Shown here piece after piece: positions 51,340 through 64,000 of a stretch of 64,000 bases of DNA. Each line of letters begins with the position of its first letter. Position 1 is the first letter of the stretch. A program made the translations under genes and the position numbers. The stretch comes from Octopus vulgaris. Lineage: Eukaryota. The stretch spans positions 50,592,001-50,656,000 of the forward strand of contig OX597815.1 of assembly GCA_951406725.2 (NCBI GenBank), read 5' to 3'. The notes beneath the pieces are model-generated. The model saw nothing but the letters and a program-made list of their open reading frames with translations. It was not told where the DNA came from and ran no database searches.

Positions 51340-52596
51340 ACATACATTCAGGCATGTCAGTCGTCACATATGTATAGGTATGTGTAGATGAGGTGTATGT
51401 GTTTAATAACATACGTAACACAGAAACTCACTCACTCACTTGCAGATGCATACACACTCATACACTCACAAACAGATATACTCTCATAAACAAAATGTGA
51501 CGTTGTTGTCATTGTTGTGGTATAAAATGTTCTTGATATACACTCACATACATATACTAAAATAGCCACACAGAGACATACATTCACACATGTCAGTCAT
51601 TACATATGTATATGTATCTGTGGATGTGTGTGTGTTAAATAACATACCTAATGCAGAAAGACACACATGCTATGAGACGTATACACACTTACACATATAC
51701 AATCACAGACAGATACACAGTCATATACAAAATGTGACGTTGTCATCAGTCATCACTTATGTATATGTATGTGTAGATGTGTATGTATGTGTGTGTGTGT
51801 TTAATAACATACCATTACATACATATGTGTATGAGTAGACGTATGTATGTTTAATAATGTACCTAATGAAGAAAGACACATACACTATGAGATATATACA
51901 CACTCATACACTTACGCACATGCACTCACAAGCAGATACACAGTCATATACAAAATGTGATGTCATTGTCATCGTGGTATAAAATGTCCTGTTGACAATA
52001 GAAAGATTATCTCTATGAAATGTTATATTCTTTTAATGGAAATGAAAATAATTGAAATGAAAGTGAAATTTCATGACCAGCTCTCACATACATATAGTGT
52101 GTTTAATAACGTACCTAATGCAGAAAGACATACACATTATGAGACATATACACACTCATACACTCACACACATACATTCACAGACAGATACACAGTCATA
52201 CAAAATGTGACATCATTGTCGTCACCATGGTTAGAATTAAAAGTAAAAGTATAAAAATGGAACAATATATCACATTACAATATAGATCTTATTCTTTGAC
52301 TTTTGATATATAATACTGAACTAGTGCCAATGCTGGATTGTTTTAATCCAAATGACAAGAAAGTTACATGTTGACACTCACGGGATCTCATAGTATTACC
52401 ATGTAAAATTTGATTTGATTTGGTTGAGCTGTTTGAGAATGCATTGGGAACAGCCAGACAGAGAGACAATTCCAAATGACAAAAAAAATTACATGTTGAC
52501 ATTCATGGGATCTGATAGTATCACCATGTAAAATTTGATTTGATTTGGTGAACCATTTGAGAATGCATTGGGAACAGAGAGACAAAGAGACAAAGG

Positions 52597-52600
<4 letters not shown>
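51340..52600 (+). mobile_element. Rolling-circle-like element with internal degenerate tandem units and a duplicated terminus
   Basis: About four copies of ...aataac.tacctaatg.agaaagacac...cagatacacagtcatatacaaaatgtga; 124-bp duplication at 52347 and 52471 ending gggaacag..agaca. Confidence 0.6.
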
Positions 52601-52627
<27 letters not shown>

Positions 52628-53799
52628 GTAGATTATTATCATTACTATTATTATTATCATTAGGTTTTCTTCTTGTTTCAGTTTTGCTTCCATTTCTTGT
52701 TAAGTATCTTCCCAGCTCCTTGGGCAAAGAAACACACTACATACATTAATAGGCCATTGAAATAAACACACCAGATTGTTCATTTGCAAAATGAAGTAAA
52801 GTTATGTGGAAAAAAATTAAAATACGTCATTAGCAGTTGTTCTCACATCGACAATGCTCTTCTCAATATGTGTGATCACCACCATCAATATCACCGTCAC
52901 CATCATCATCATTATTATTATTTGTAGACACATAAAATATATAGTCTTTGAGATAATAGATTTTCTATAATGTAAGACATTATAGATGCTCATTGTCTAT
53001 AAATACTTGATTTTTGTCCCAACAGTTGTTCTGTTGCTCCTTTGCCATCTCAAATTGATGCTTATAATATCTAATATCAATTACATTGAAATCTTAACAG
53101 TTTATCCATAGTAGATTTTCCTACTTTAACAATCAGATCACCATATGAAATTGAAATATTGCCATGATGTTAAGAATAAAAGTCTTGTTACTGATATGGT
53201 TTGTTCTTGTCACTGTCATGATTAAAAAGCTTCGAATAGGATTAACCTTGAAATGGGTAATTACTTGAAAGAAAAAAGCCATCTTGTTTTCTTTTATAAA
53301 TATTAAGAAACAATGTTTTTCCACTTACTTAAAAACTATAGTTTTTCTCCATTCAAAATTTTAAAATATCCAATTTGGAACATAGTAAAAGATGAGAGCT
53401 ACTTACTTTATGTAAACAGGTTTATTTTTTAGTTGCAGGCTGAAAAGGTGGAGAAAAAGGGAAATGTGGATAATGATGATGATTATGTCTGCTGCAATGA
53501 TGATAACAAACATAACAAGTTAAATAATGGTAAGGAAGAGAAAATTTATTCTCCAAAAATGCAAAAGTATACAATTAAAAGAATTTAATTGTTACTGCAT
53601 TTATTTTGCAAGATTCTTGATGTGAAATCGTGTGTTGAAACAAATATTGTTGTGCTCGGGGATGGTCATCTTTTACTAATTGAACACATGCACTGGTACC
53701 ACAGAAGGATGACACATGAGACAAAGAGCCACTGAAGAGGTCACAGAATATGTGAGGCAAGAACTTTGACAGACAAAGAAACTAAAAATAATAATAATA

Positions 53800-54015
53800 A
53801 TCCTTCCTGTAATAAGCACAAGGCCTGAAATTGTGTTGGTGGGTGGGTCAAATCGATTACATCAACTCCAGTACATAGCTGGTAGTTATTTCATCAACCC
53901 CGAAAAAATGAAAGGCAAAGTCGACCTCTGCAGAATTTGAACTCAGAATGCTGCGGCAGGCAAAATACTGGTAAACATTTTGTCCAGCATGCTAATGATT
54001 CTACAAGCTCACTGA
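53800..54015 (-). mobile_element. SINE family A
   Basis: Family core. Confidence 0.8.
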
Positions 54016-54420
54016 CATTATAATAGTAATAATAACAATAATAATAATGATAATAAAAATAATGATAAAACTAAAGTGAATATCAAATAAATAGTATATG
54101 TGTTCAATTGGCAAAAGATAACCATCTACAAGTATATACAACAATAAATTTAATTTCTTTCTATTGAAATTAAAATTAATACATATACATACATGCACGC
54201 ACACACAAACACATACATGTGAACCCGTTATAGTGTTACACTCTATAAACAATAGCTAACTGGGCAAAAAAGAAGGAACCTAGCCACAACAAATGGCTGC
54301 AGTAGTTGCACAAATGAAAACACAAATATATGAAAATTTACAAGCATGCATTCTTAGATATCCATTTAAAATGAAATACTTTAACAGACCAGTAAGATAT
54401 TATCTGTAAACACACATGTA

Positions 54421-56302
54421 CAGTACCGTGAAAAAGTCTTCAGCCACTTTAGAATATTGTAAATTTTTATTAATTGCCAACTTATAAGTGGATGTTTCAC
54501 ATTGCATTTTTTACATTGGCTCTGTTGGAGTAATTTCCATACCTAATCATTATATTTTGTGGTTGGGATTCTGAATAAGATGGGAAGATTAAGATGACCA
54601 CCAAAAATGGCTGTGCAAAAGTTTTCAGTCACCTCATATAAAGCAAGCAAGATACAGTGTTTTAAAATAGAAAAATATATATAATGAAAATTTATTTCAC
54701 AATGTTAATTTCAAGAAGTTATTGTACATTGTTAATATTTTGTGTGGCATCCCTTTGCTTGATAATTGCTTCAATGTGCCTTGGAAGAGATGCATGCAAA
54801 TCCTCCACCATCTTCACAGGTATGAGATGCCATTTTCTGTGGCTGAGCTTCTACAACTCTTCATGGATTCTTCTATTTAGTTCTGTCCACATTTGCTGGA
54901 TGATATTTAAGTCAGGGCTCTGAGCTACCCAATCTTTCAATGTGGTAACACTTTCATCAGCCAGACTGTTGTGTTGCATGCAATCTGTCACATGGAGGCT
55001 TTGTCATAGTGAAAACCCTCACCTTCATCCAAGTCTAGTATCAAATTGCCCTTCAGCAAATTGATGTATTTGGTACTATTCAAATTACGATCAATTTTAA
55101 CCAACTTTCTTGAACCATCATTTTTTATGTGTCTCCAAAACATCAGACTCTTACCCCCAGACTTCACTGTTTTTGTCGTGTAATGTGGGTCATTTCTCTT
55201 TCCTGGAGGTCATCTGACAAATTCTCACTTATTAGAAAGTGAAACAGCCCACATGAGGATACATAGAAAGAGATGGTTCAAGGAAGTTGGTTAAAATTGA
55301 CAGTAACTTGAATAGTGCCAAATACATCCAGTTGCTGAAGGACAATTTGATACTAGACTTGGATGAAGATGAGATTTTTCAGCATGTCAGAGTTCCATTC
55401 CACAGATTACATGCATCACAACAGAGTCTGGACGATGAAGGTGTTACCATCTTGAAAGATTGGCTAGCTCTTAAATATCATTGAGTAAATGTGGACAGAA
55501 CTAAAGAGAAGAGTTCATCAGAAGAATCCATGCAATCTTGAAGAGTTGTGGGAGCTCAGCCACAGAGAATGGCATTTCATACCTGTGAAGATGTTGAAGG
55601 ATTTCTACACATCTCTTCCCAGGTGCACTGAAGCAATTATTCAAGCTAATGGAAGCCACAGAAAATGTTAACAATGTGCATTAACTTCTTGAAATTAACA
55701 TTATGGAATAAATTTTCATTATAGACATTTTTAAAATACTGTATCTTTATTGCATTATGTGAGGTGGCTGAAAACTTTTGCACAGCCACTTTTGGTGGTC
55801 ATCTTGCATCTTCCCATCTCTTTCAGAACCCCAACTACAAAATATAATGATTAGGTATGGAAATGACTCCAACAGGGTCAATGTTTCATCTGTTGAGGCA
55901 CATGGCCTAATGGTTAGAGCAGCAGACTCATGGTCGAAGGATCACAGGTTCAAATCTCAGACCGGGTAATGTGTGTGTTTATGGGTAAAACACCTAAGCT
56001 CCACGCGGCTCTGGCAGAAACTAGTGGCGATCTTCTGCTAACTCTTTGACCACAACATTCTCTCACTCTTTCCTCCTGCATCTTGCAGCTCACCTGCAAC
56101 AGACCGGCGTCCCGTCCAGGTGGGGAACCTATATGCCAAGGAAACTGGGAAACCGGCCCTTATGAGCTAGGCATGGCTCAAGAAGGAACAAAACAAAATG
56201 TTTCATCTGTAAAAAACGCAAAGTGAAACATCCACTTATAAGTTGGCAATTAGAAGAAATTTACAATGTTTTAAAGTGGCCGAAGACTTTTTCACAGCAC
56301 TA
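54421..56302. mobile_element. Fold-back Tc1-like element made of two inverted 3' halves of a DD34E-type transposon
   Basis: TA-flanked CAGT... termini; minus arm TVKSGGKSLMFW...LVKID; plus arm LVKIDSNLNSAKYIQLL...FQH...MWTELKRRV...EAIIQANG; inner direct repeat of the terminal motif at 54611-54634 (IR/DR). Confidence 0.9.
55894..56196 (+). mobile_element. tRNA-derived SINE (family G) with a V-domain-like segment
   Basis: A box TGGCCTAATGG, B box GGTTCAAATCT, CCTGCAACAGACCGGCGTCCCGTCCAGG, ACAAA tail; 14-bp TSD AATGTTTCATCTGT at 55880-55893 and 56197-56210. Confidence 0.9.
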
Positions 56303-56449
56303 TATACACCTATTTATTCATGTACAGTAACTTGCATGCAATACTCACACACTGACAAACAACTTAACACATGCATTCCAATCTAGCAACTCAATATATT
56401 ACCCACTATGTGCATATGATGTTCCACGAATATGAATATATGTATACAA

Positions 56450-56850
56450 GTCTTTTACCTTTTACTTGTACCTTTAGACTGCAGCCCATTCTGAGGCTTC
56501 ACCTGAAAGAATTTTAGTCAAATGAATCTACCCAAGTACTTATTTTTAAAGCCTGGTACTTATTCTAGCATTTACATTTATATATATATATATTTGGAAG
56601 TGGGATGGACTGCTGAATTACTGGTTGTCAAGCACTGGTGGGGGACAAGCACACCCCGCCACACACACACACACAGACATACATACATATATATATACAA
56701 TGGGCTTCTTTCAGTTTCCATCTACCAAATCCACTCATGAGACTTTGGTCAACCCAAGACACTTGCCCAAGGTGCTACACAGTGGGACTGAACCTGGAGT
56801 CATGTGGTTGAGAAGCAAGCTTTTTATCATATAACCATGCCTGTGTCTAC
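56450..56850 (-). mobile_element. SINE family B
   Basis: Family similarity. Confidence 0.8.
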
Positions 56851-57249
56851 GCTATTTCAGTACAAATATTCAGACGGTATATCAATTATCAATTGCATAG
56901 CTGTATAATATTTTATGTATTATATATACAAATATTCATATATTATATATTAACTCTGTCAAAAACGTCTCTGGTTAGAACCAATATACAATACAAGGAA
57001 GTTAATCAACATTACAGTCCCCAAATGATTGCTTCCTCTTACTCACTTATCCAGCTTATTTGTCTTTGTATCTTCTATCACCACTAAATCCTATTTGAAT
57101 TCTTTTCTAGCTAGATGACTATGTTGCCACTATTATTTAGACTATGATTGAATAACTGCAAAAATATTCACCTGAAATCATTGGCATCATATAAGCAGCA
57201 CTCTGCTATTACAAGATGTGTGGGTGTATGTATATAGGTCTATGTATAT

Positions 57250-57487
57250 ATTTTGTTGTGTCTAGGGAGAGTTGTTATACCAATATTAATAACATGTGCA
57301 CTGTTGACGAATAAATCAAAAAGCAAAACAAATGACCAGCTGTTTAATCAAAAAGTTAAACCAACAAATAATCAATTAGTTAGTTGGATAGATATTTAAC
57401 CCCCTGACTAATAATAAAGGAGAGGACTTGAACCAGTGCATGTGTTTTTAATATTGGTGTATTGACTCTCTCTAGATACAACAAAAT
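57250..57487. repeat. Imperfect 54-bp inverted repeat with 130-bp spacer
   Basis: 57250-57303 pairs with 57434-57487. Confidence 0.75.
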
Positions 57488-58479
57488 TTGTTTCAAATCA
57501 CAAATTCGCATAAAGAATTTTGAAAACCAAATGCAAAAACAAAGTATATGTATATAGTTGAGTACGATTCGAGTAATAACTTTGTAGATTGCTATGGTAA
57601 TAAATTAATTTTAAGTAGTTCTAGAATGGGGCAGTTATTTTGATGTGGGATGGAGGGCAAGGTAATTTGAGTTCCTAAAAGAGACTAGAAACAGTTGATA
57701 GGTACTAAAATGGTCAGTCTTAACCATCTTATCACTTTCTTATCTCTAAACACATTGTTTTATTTTATTCTTCATTTTATTCTTAAGTCTATCTTCCTTA
57801 TAATCTGATCTTTAGATAGAATGAAAAATTCATAGTTAACCGGACCCCTTTATTTTCTTGTCTACTTTTTTTTATCAATGTATTTTGTATTTTGATTGTA
57901 ATTGTATCTTTCTGTCATTATATCTATGGTTTTAGTTTTGTCCATAAACTGCTGGGAATGATGTATCAATCTGGATGTACATATCAAACTGAGTGAAATG
58001 GCAAAAAGATCTAACAAAGAACTTATTTAAACAATCACCTGAGAAGGTACATTCTATACCTTTGATGTTAGATAATAATTGCTTCTTTTGATCACTGCAT
58101 AAAAAGTATTAAGAAAGAATGTTATTTAGATATACTATTATTTTAGTTGTTTAAACTATTTTATACTTTTATATATTCAAAGTTCATAAATTTTCTTAAT
58201 TAAATTATGAATCATATTCCTTTCGATAATATCAGTATGATTACAAAACTTCTTTGCAGACGATATTTTTTTTTTTTTTTTGGTTGACACTCATTTTCAA
58301 ATTACTGGAGCCCTTTACCTTACTCATAGTGACGTATAACTGGCCATATGTAAACATTGGAACAGGTAAAAATACACCTATACGATCTAAAATCTGGCCC
58401 TGTGCCTTGTTTGCTGTGAATGTACAAGCAGAATCTTTATAGTTGCAAAAAATTTAACTAAGACTTACTTCTCACTGTC

Positions 58480-59230
58480 CTATGCAAATAATGCCTGGAT
58501 GTTCTGGCACCATGGGTTATTTTGATTGACAAAACTGAGATGTAAACAACAGCTGCTTCGATTAGCCATTTTGAATCCTGCTAGAGACTGACACACTTCA
58601 ATAACCACTAAATAATCACACAAACTATATACTGACACACACTTTTTCCATTTTATTAATCATCCTCATGAACCTCTTCGTATCTACGATGGAGTCACAA
58701 ACTATATGATGAAAACCCAGTTGCTCGTGATCAGTGAATTTTTAATAAAAATGTGAAGGTTGTTTATTAATTCAAAATCCGATATCCACAAAATAATCAT
58801 ACTTTCTGATTTTTTTTAATCTTTGTAATCCTGAAAATTATCATAACCATTGGTCCAGCCATCTGGCCATGAAGAGGGAACAGACAAAGAGAGGGGCAGA
58901 CGGACATAATGCCCATTATAGTAAGATAGCAAATCTGCCCGTCTGTGATGGGAATTAATGAGATAGTATTGCAAATCTAAACCCTCTAAGTTCACTGACT
59001 ATATGGGGTTAATCCTCATTGCCGGAATTTTAACAAAAAAAATCAAAAGTGATTTATTAATACAAAACTCAATATCCACTAAATAATCATGCTTTTTCAC
59101 ATTTTTTTCACTAAAACCTTCCTCATTACCTCCTTCATAATCCAAAGAAACATTATGACCATTGGTCCAGTGTTTGACCGTGAATAGGGAACAGCCAGAC
59201 AGACGGACGTAATGTCCATTATAGTAAGAC
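58480..59230 (+). mobile_element. Helitron-like non-autonomous element with tandem ~300-bp terminal units
   Basis: accattggtccag...gggaacag.ca...cagacggac.taatg.ccattatagtaaga occurs twice (ends near 58926 and 59229). Confidence 0.65.
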
Positions 59231-59565
59231 GTGTATATGTGTCACAAGTCCACTATAACTTACTAACAGGTCTAATGCAATAATTATGCCACTAAAATCC
59301 TGCTATACTCTTGCTAATAGACAAACAAAAAACTACCATTCAGTCTAGTATAAGATCATAAAATAAAATGAACATAAAATGAAACAACAAAAAGAACACT
59401 AAATTTGGGCCCATTCCAATACCAACCAACAAAGTAACTCTTAAAACACTAGGACAACAAAAGGGAATTTTATCAATCCAGTGAAGGACATGCACCAGAT
59501 CATACCGGAAAAGGAACACATGTAACTACAAACATATTACAAGTAAAAAAGAAAAAGAGTAGAGT

Positions 59566-59603
<38 letters not shown>

Positions 59604-59760
59604 TTAATGTCCCTTTTTCCATGCTGGCATGAGTTGGACATTTCAAAGAGTCAGTGGACTATGTGGCCTAGATTCTGCAGCTGGTTACCCTTCCTAATGC
59701 CAAACACTCTAATGTGTGCACTGGGTACATTTCTCATGGCACCAGCATTAGTGAGGTCAT
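59566..59760 (-). mobile_element. SINE family C
   Basis: (CAT)n tail and core. Confidence 0.75.
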
Positions 59761-59845
59761 CAAAACCCTTCAAATGAGTGAGTATGGTAATGAAGGATTT
59801 GAAAGTATGATAGTAGAACAAGAACAAAATGGTGATTGTCACATA

Positions 59846-60220
59846 CAGTCGGTGTCAGTTTTTTGCGGATCATTTGTATGAATTTAGAAAAAAGACCATA
59901 GCCCATCAAAGAAAAGCTGTAATTGTAAACAAATTGGTACAAATAATCTTGAGAGTCTTTTATCACACTTATCCAATGAATCTACTATTAACATCAACGA
60001 CTGCTTCAATATTGTGTTGGAAGCATTATCATACCTGAATCAGCTGATCTTTATCAACTTTGGACACAGTGCTGGTTATGGTGGACTTGAGAGATTGTAT
60101 GATGTTATTGGAGTGTTCATTGACCTCTCTCTTGACTACACCCCATATATAATAACTCACTGGATTGAGGTTTTGTGAGCTAGAAGGTCATATGTCTGAG
60201 AGAACATGATCATGAAGGAG
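59846..60220 (-). mobile_element. Tc1/mariner (DD37D/maT-like) 3' fragment
   Basis: PSSSQNLNPVSYYIWGVVKREVN...IEAVVDVNSRFIG-stop; TA+CAGTCGG terminus. Confidence 0.75.
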
Positions 60221-60626
60221 CTAATACACTAATTAATTGAAATAAGTTACATATAGCATGAATTTGACATAAATATTTCATTGCAGTTATTTTTGATAAC
60301 AACACAAGATTTATACTAAAATCAAATCTGTTATTTGTATTCATTATATCTTTCTTGGGTATGTAGTACATGCCTTGCATTCATATAGGAAACATCATTA
60401 GTCAAGTTCTTCATTCTTAAATTGGCATAAGGGATCAACTTTGAAATGGTATGCAACTAACTAAATTGCTTACAGTAGGGTTTGATAATGGGATGTACAA
60501 AACATAAGGTAAGCTGTGTATAACATTTAGTTTAATATTTCTGTCATTTCTAACATTTGACTACCCTAATAGCATCAATAATAATGATAATCAGTATGAT
60601 TAATAGAAAAGAAAAATGAAAAAGTG

Positions 60627-60666
<40 letters not shown>

Positions 60667-60735
60667 GTACTTGCATATATATGTATGTATATATGTGTGT
60701 ATGTATGTGTGTATGTGTTTGTGTGTGTGTGTGTG

Positions 60736-60789
<54 letters not shown>

Positions 60790-60812
60790 CATATATATAT
60801 ATATAGGTATAT
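60627..60812. repeat. (TA)n/(TG)n compound microsatellite
   Basis: Direct reading. Confidence 0.95.
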
Positions 60813-61614
60813 AAAGTATTAGATACTATAATTCAGAGTCCATATGAGAACATTTGTATTTTACATTCAAAGAATTTAATTATAACATTAAAAAACACAA
60901 TTATTTCTTTTTGATATGAGCAAGTTCTGTATTTAATGGTCTATATTATCATATAGGCTTACCAGCAAAGAGAAAAAGAAATTAAATTCCAAATTAATCT
61001 AGCATTCAAACAAACAAAAAAATTACTATAAGCTGGCTTCAAAAATATGTAACATACAGTAAAAACCAACAAAACTCTACATTTAAAAGCAGCAAAATAT
61101 GGAGGTAGAGAAAAAAATAATCTTGTAATAGAAAAAAGAAAAAGAAAGCAATAATTGGGTTTTTTTAATGCATTTTTTTTTAACTCCATAGCACTTGTGT
61201 TTATAAATCTTGTTAATATGTTAATGTAAAAAGAGAAAGTTGTATAAACAGCAAAATTAAATAACAACAATGATTACAATGCCTCCCCATCCCCCCATAT
61301 CACCATCACCACCACCATCACTTACAACAACACCAACTAATAAAAAGTTCCTGTGAGCTTTTTCTTATATAGCTTGACAACCAGCCCAGTAAAAGAGATT
61401 TTTTTTAATGCTAGGCAACACTCATCTGTGAACTTGAGTTTTCTAAATTTGGAAACCTTGTACACACAACACAAATGGGCTACCTATTAATATTTATATT
61501 AATTAAACTTCAAAAGTTTTATATAAAGCTTTAATAAAAGTACATATTTTACTTTTAAGACTATTCTAGTCTTCAAAATTTTACTGTACTGTTTTTGCTC
61601 CAGACCATTGATAA

Positions 61615-61814
61615 GATATATATTACATACACACACAAACACACACATATACATTAATCATATATCATATATATATATATGTATATATATATATGTATAT
61701 ATATATATCATATGTATATATATATATATCATATATGTAGACATACATATATATATAAATATATATACATACATATACATATTATATGTATGTATAAATA
61801 TATACATATAAATG

Positions 61815-61884
<70 letters not shown>

Positions 61885-61975
61885 TATATGCTAACAGATG
61901 TATCTATATATACACACTGCTTTATGTGTGTGTGTGTGTACATACAAATATGCACGTGAGCACACATACATATAT
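61615..61975. repeat. (TA)n/(CA)n compound microsatellite
   Basis: Direct reading. Confidence 0.95.
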
Positions 61976-62099
61976 CATCATCATCTTATGTGCACTTTTC
62001 CATTCTTGCATAGGTTGGAGGCAGATTTTCCTGTCGCTGGATGCACTTCCTATCACTAACCTTTACCTGAGTAATACCTCATAAGGTAATATATATATG

Positions 62100-62316
62100 T
62101 TCTTTTATTCTTTTATTTGTTTCAGTCATTTCACTGCAGCCATGCTGGAGCACCACCTTTAGTCGAACAAATCGACCCTAAGACTAATTCTTTGCAAGCT
62201 TAGTACTTATTCTATCAGTCTTTTTTGGCAAACCACTAAGTTTTGCCAAACCACCAACATCAGTTGTCAAGCTATGGTGGGGGGACAAACACAGACACAC
62301 AGACATATACATATAC

Positions 62317-62348
<32 letters not shown>

Positions 62349-62515
62349 GCGACGAGCTTCTTTCAGTTTCCATCTACCAAATGCACTCACAAGGTTTTCG
62401 ATGGCCCAAGGCTATAGTAGAAACACTTGCCCAAGGTGCCATGCAGTTGGACTGACCCTGGAACCATGTGGTTGATAAGCAAGCTACTTACCACACAGCC
62501 ATTCCTGTGCCTATA
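62100..62515 (-). mobile_element. SINE family B, full length
   Basis: Collinear with 41707-42100. Confidence 0.9.
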
Positions 62516-62537
62516 TATACACACACACACACATATA

Positions 62538-63076
62538 GAGGGTGTCCGTAAAGTTACTATACAGTTAGGCCGAAAATAACTCTATGATATGCTTGCTGAG
62601 ACATATGTAAGAAGACCAAAGAAATCAATTCGCCGTGGTAGCTCAGAAATTGTTATCAAATGAACATCACTCCATAAAATACTTACAAAATGCAATATGA
62701 AACCTCGCATTCTGCACCTAATTCACAGACTTCTGGAGGTTGATCCTGATCACAGGTCTCAATTTTGCAAACAGACTGTAAGTCAAGGAAGCCAAGAAGT
62801 ATTGAAGATATTCAGCAGTTCATTATTGATGCATTTGCTAACCTTGATCCAGACCTGCGCACCAAAGTTTGTCACAATGTGCTTGCATATTGTCGAAAAT
62901 ACATTGAAGCTAATGGCTCTCAATTTGAACATTTATCATAACTGTAGTAAATGAAATTGAATGCCTATATTGCTACAGTATCTTCTAATGTAATACACAT
63001 ATTTTCTAAAAACCTGTTTAATCTAACCATATTTCTTTATTACAAGTAACTGTACTGTAACTTTACAGACACCCTG
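62538..63076 (+). mobile_element. Internally deleted Tc1/mariner (rosa/maT-like)
   Basis: ~30-bp TIRs (G/C)AGGGTGTC.GTAAAGTTAC...ACAGTTA flanked by TA; KPRILHLIHRLLEVDPDHRSQFC and IEANGSQFEHL. Confidence 0.85.
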
Positions 63077-63422
63077 TATGTATGTATGTACAAATGAGTG
63101 AGTAATTGAAAGAAAAAGGCACACAACATATTTAGTAAGAGTTGCATGTAATACTTAAAACAGTTGATTTGGTTTCATGTGACTTGAAGTTTCCCAGGCC
63201 TCTAACAGAAGCCCATCTTTATCAGGTTTTAGATCACTGAATTTGATTCTAATTACAATTCAGTAATATAATGCATGAAAGAGATGAACTTCTATTAGAG
63301 GCCTGCAAAACATTAAGCCACTTGGAACCAAATTAAACTGTTTAATAATATATATATATATATATAAATATATATATTTTTATTCGTTTCAGCCAAGTGG
63401 CTGCAGTCATGCAGGTGCACCA

Positions 63423-63515
63423 CATGAGGGGGTTGCTGAAAAGATCCTGGCTTTGGGTAAAATAAAATACAGGGGATCAGTTAATTATAATTTTATTCAA
63501 TATATCCCCTTCAAA
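63423..63515 (-). mobile_element. mariner terminal fragment
   Basis: TGAGGGGGTTGCTGAAAAG TIR-like start; minus strand ends ...EGD. Confidence 0.5.
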
Positions 63516-63519
63516 CATA

Positions 63520-64000
63520 GGATGATGCTCTGAGGGATTAATTCATTATGAGTTAATTCCAGATGATTGAAGTGTTGATGTCAACTTGTTCTTCGAAGAG
63601 CTGGAGTAGATAATAATAATAATAATACTGGTTAATAGAAAGTGAACGCTTGTGCAACAAGACAATGCAAGACCTTATGCTGCTTGAACGGCCTGGCAAA
63701 GTCTAGGAACTTGAGGGAATTGAACTGGTGCCACACCCAGCCTATAGTCTAGATTTAACTTCCACAGATTATTGCTTCTTCCAATCCATGGCTTCCTTTC
63801 AACACTCATGAAGCTTCCTCAACCAAGATGGGGTGGAAGATCCAATGAAGGAATTTATTACCTCAAAGGACAAAAGCTGGCATCAGTATAGGGTCAAAGG
63901 ACTGGCAGAAAGGTAGCTTCAAACAGTGCAACATGATGGCCTCTACTTTGAATGCTAGGCTGCTTTTGTTGTAACTTGACAAATAAACCAAATAATTTAC
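63520..64000 (+). mobile_element. mariner transposase C-terminal relic
   Basis: QQDNARPY, LVPHPAYSLDLTSTDYCFFQSM, QHDGLYFEC-stop. Confidence 0.85.

Noticed and set aside
53439-53529. Plus-strand AG...GTAAGG open segment
   Set aside because: Mostly degenerate (GAT)/(AAC) repeats; no support as an exon
55894-55975. tRNA-like sequences here and at 41375-41443 and in SINE heads
   Set aside because: No full cloverleaf; they are retroposon heads

Overview
AT-rich, microsatellite-saturated animal genomic DNA. The tRNA-headed SINE families and (TA)n/(TAA)n/(CAT)n load suggest a coleoid cephalopod, probably Octopus (inference). No convincing host gene is present: almost every ORF in the track is a microsatellite translation or a transposon relic, and only two weak orphan exon candidates were seen, so the window looks intronic or intergenic. 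Mobile DNA includes at least five SINE/non-autonomous retroposon families, R4/Dong-type and RTE LINE fragments, a degenerate Penelope-like ORF, several Tc1/mariner relics (one a 1.9-kb fold-back Tc1), a rearranged Chapaev3-type transposase, TTAA MITEs and Helitron/Helentron-like elements. The most interesting signal is a set of unrelated short non-coding elements that sit inside (TA)n tracts, have inverted or partial-tandem duplicated ends, and carry type I hammerhead ribozyme cores (25544-25605/26199-26260, 27905-27947, 28085-28143, 41193-41236/41533-41574, half-motif at 26769-26784). They include a ~566-bp monomer in tandem-plus-inverted arrangement and a tRNA-headed hammerhead element, and look like a Penelope-mobilised, retrozyme-like system. 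All calls are by eye; boundaries of old repeats are approximate.
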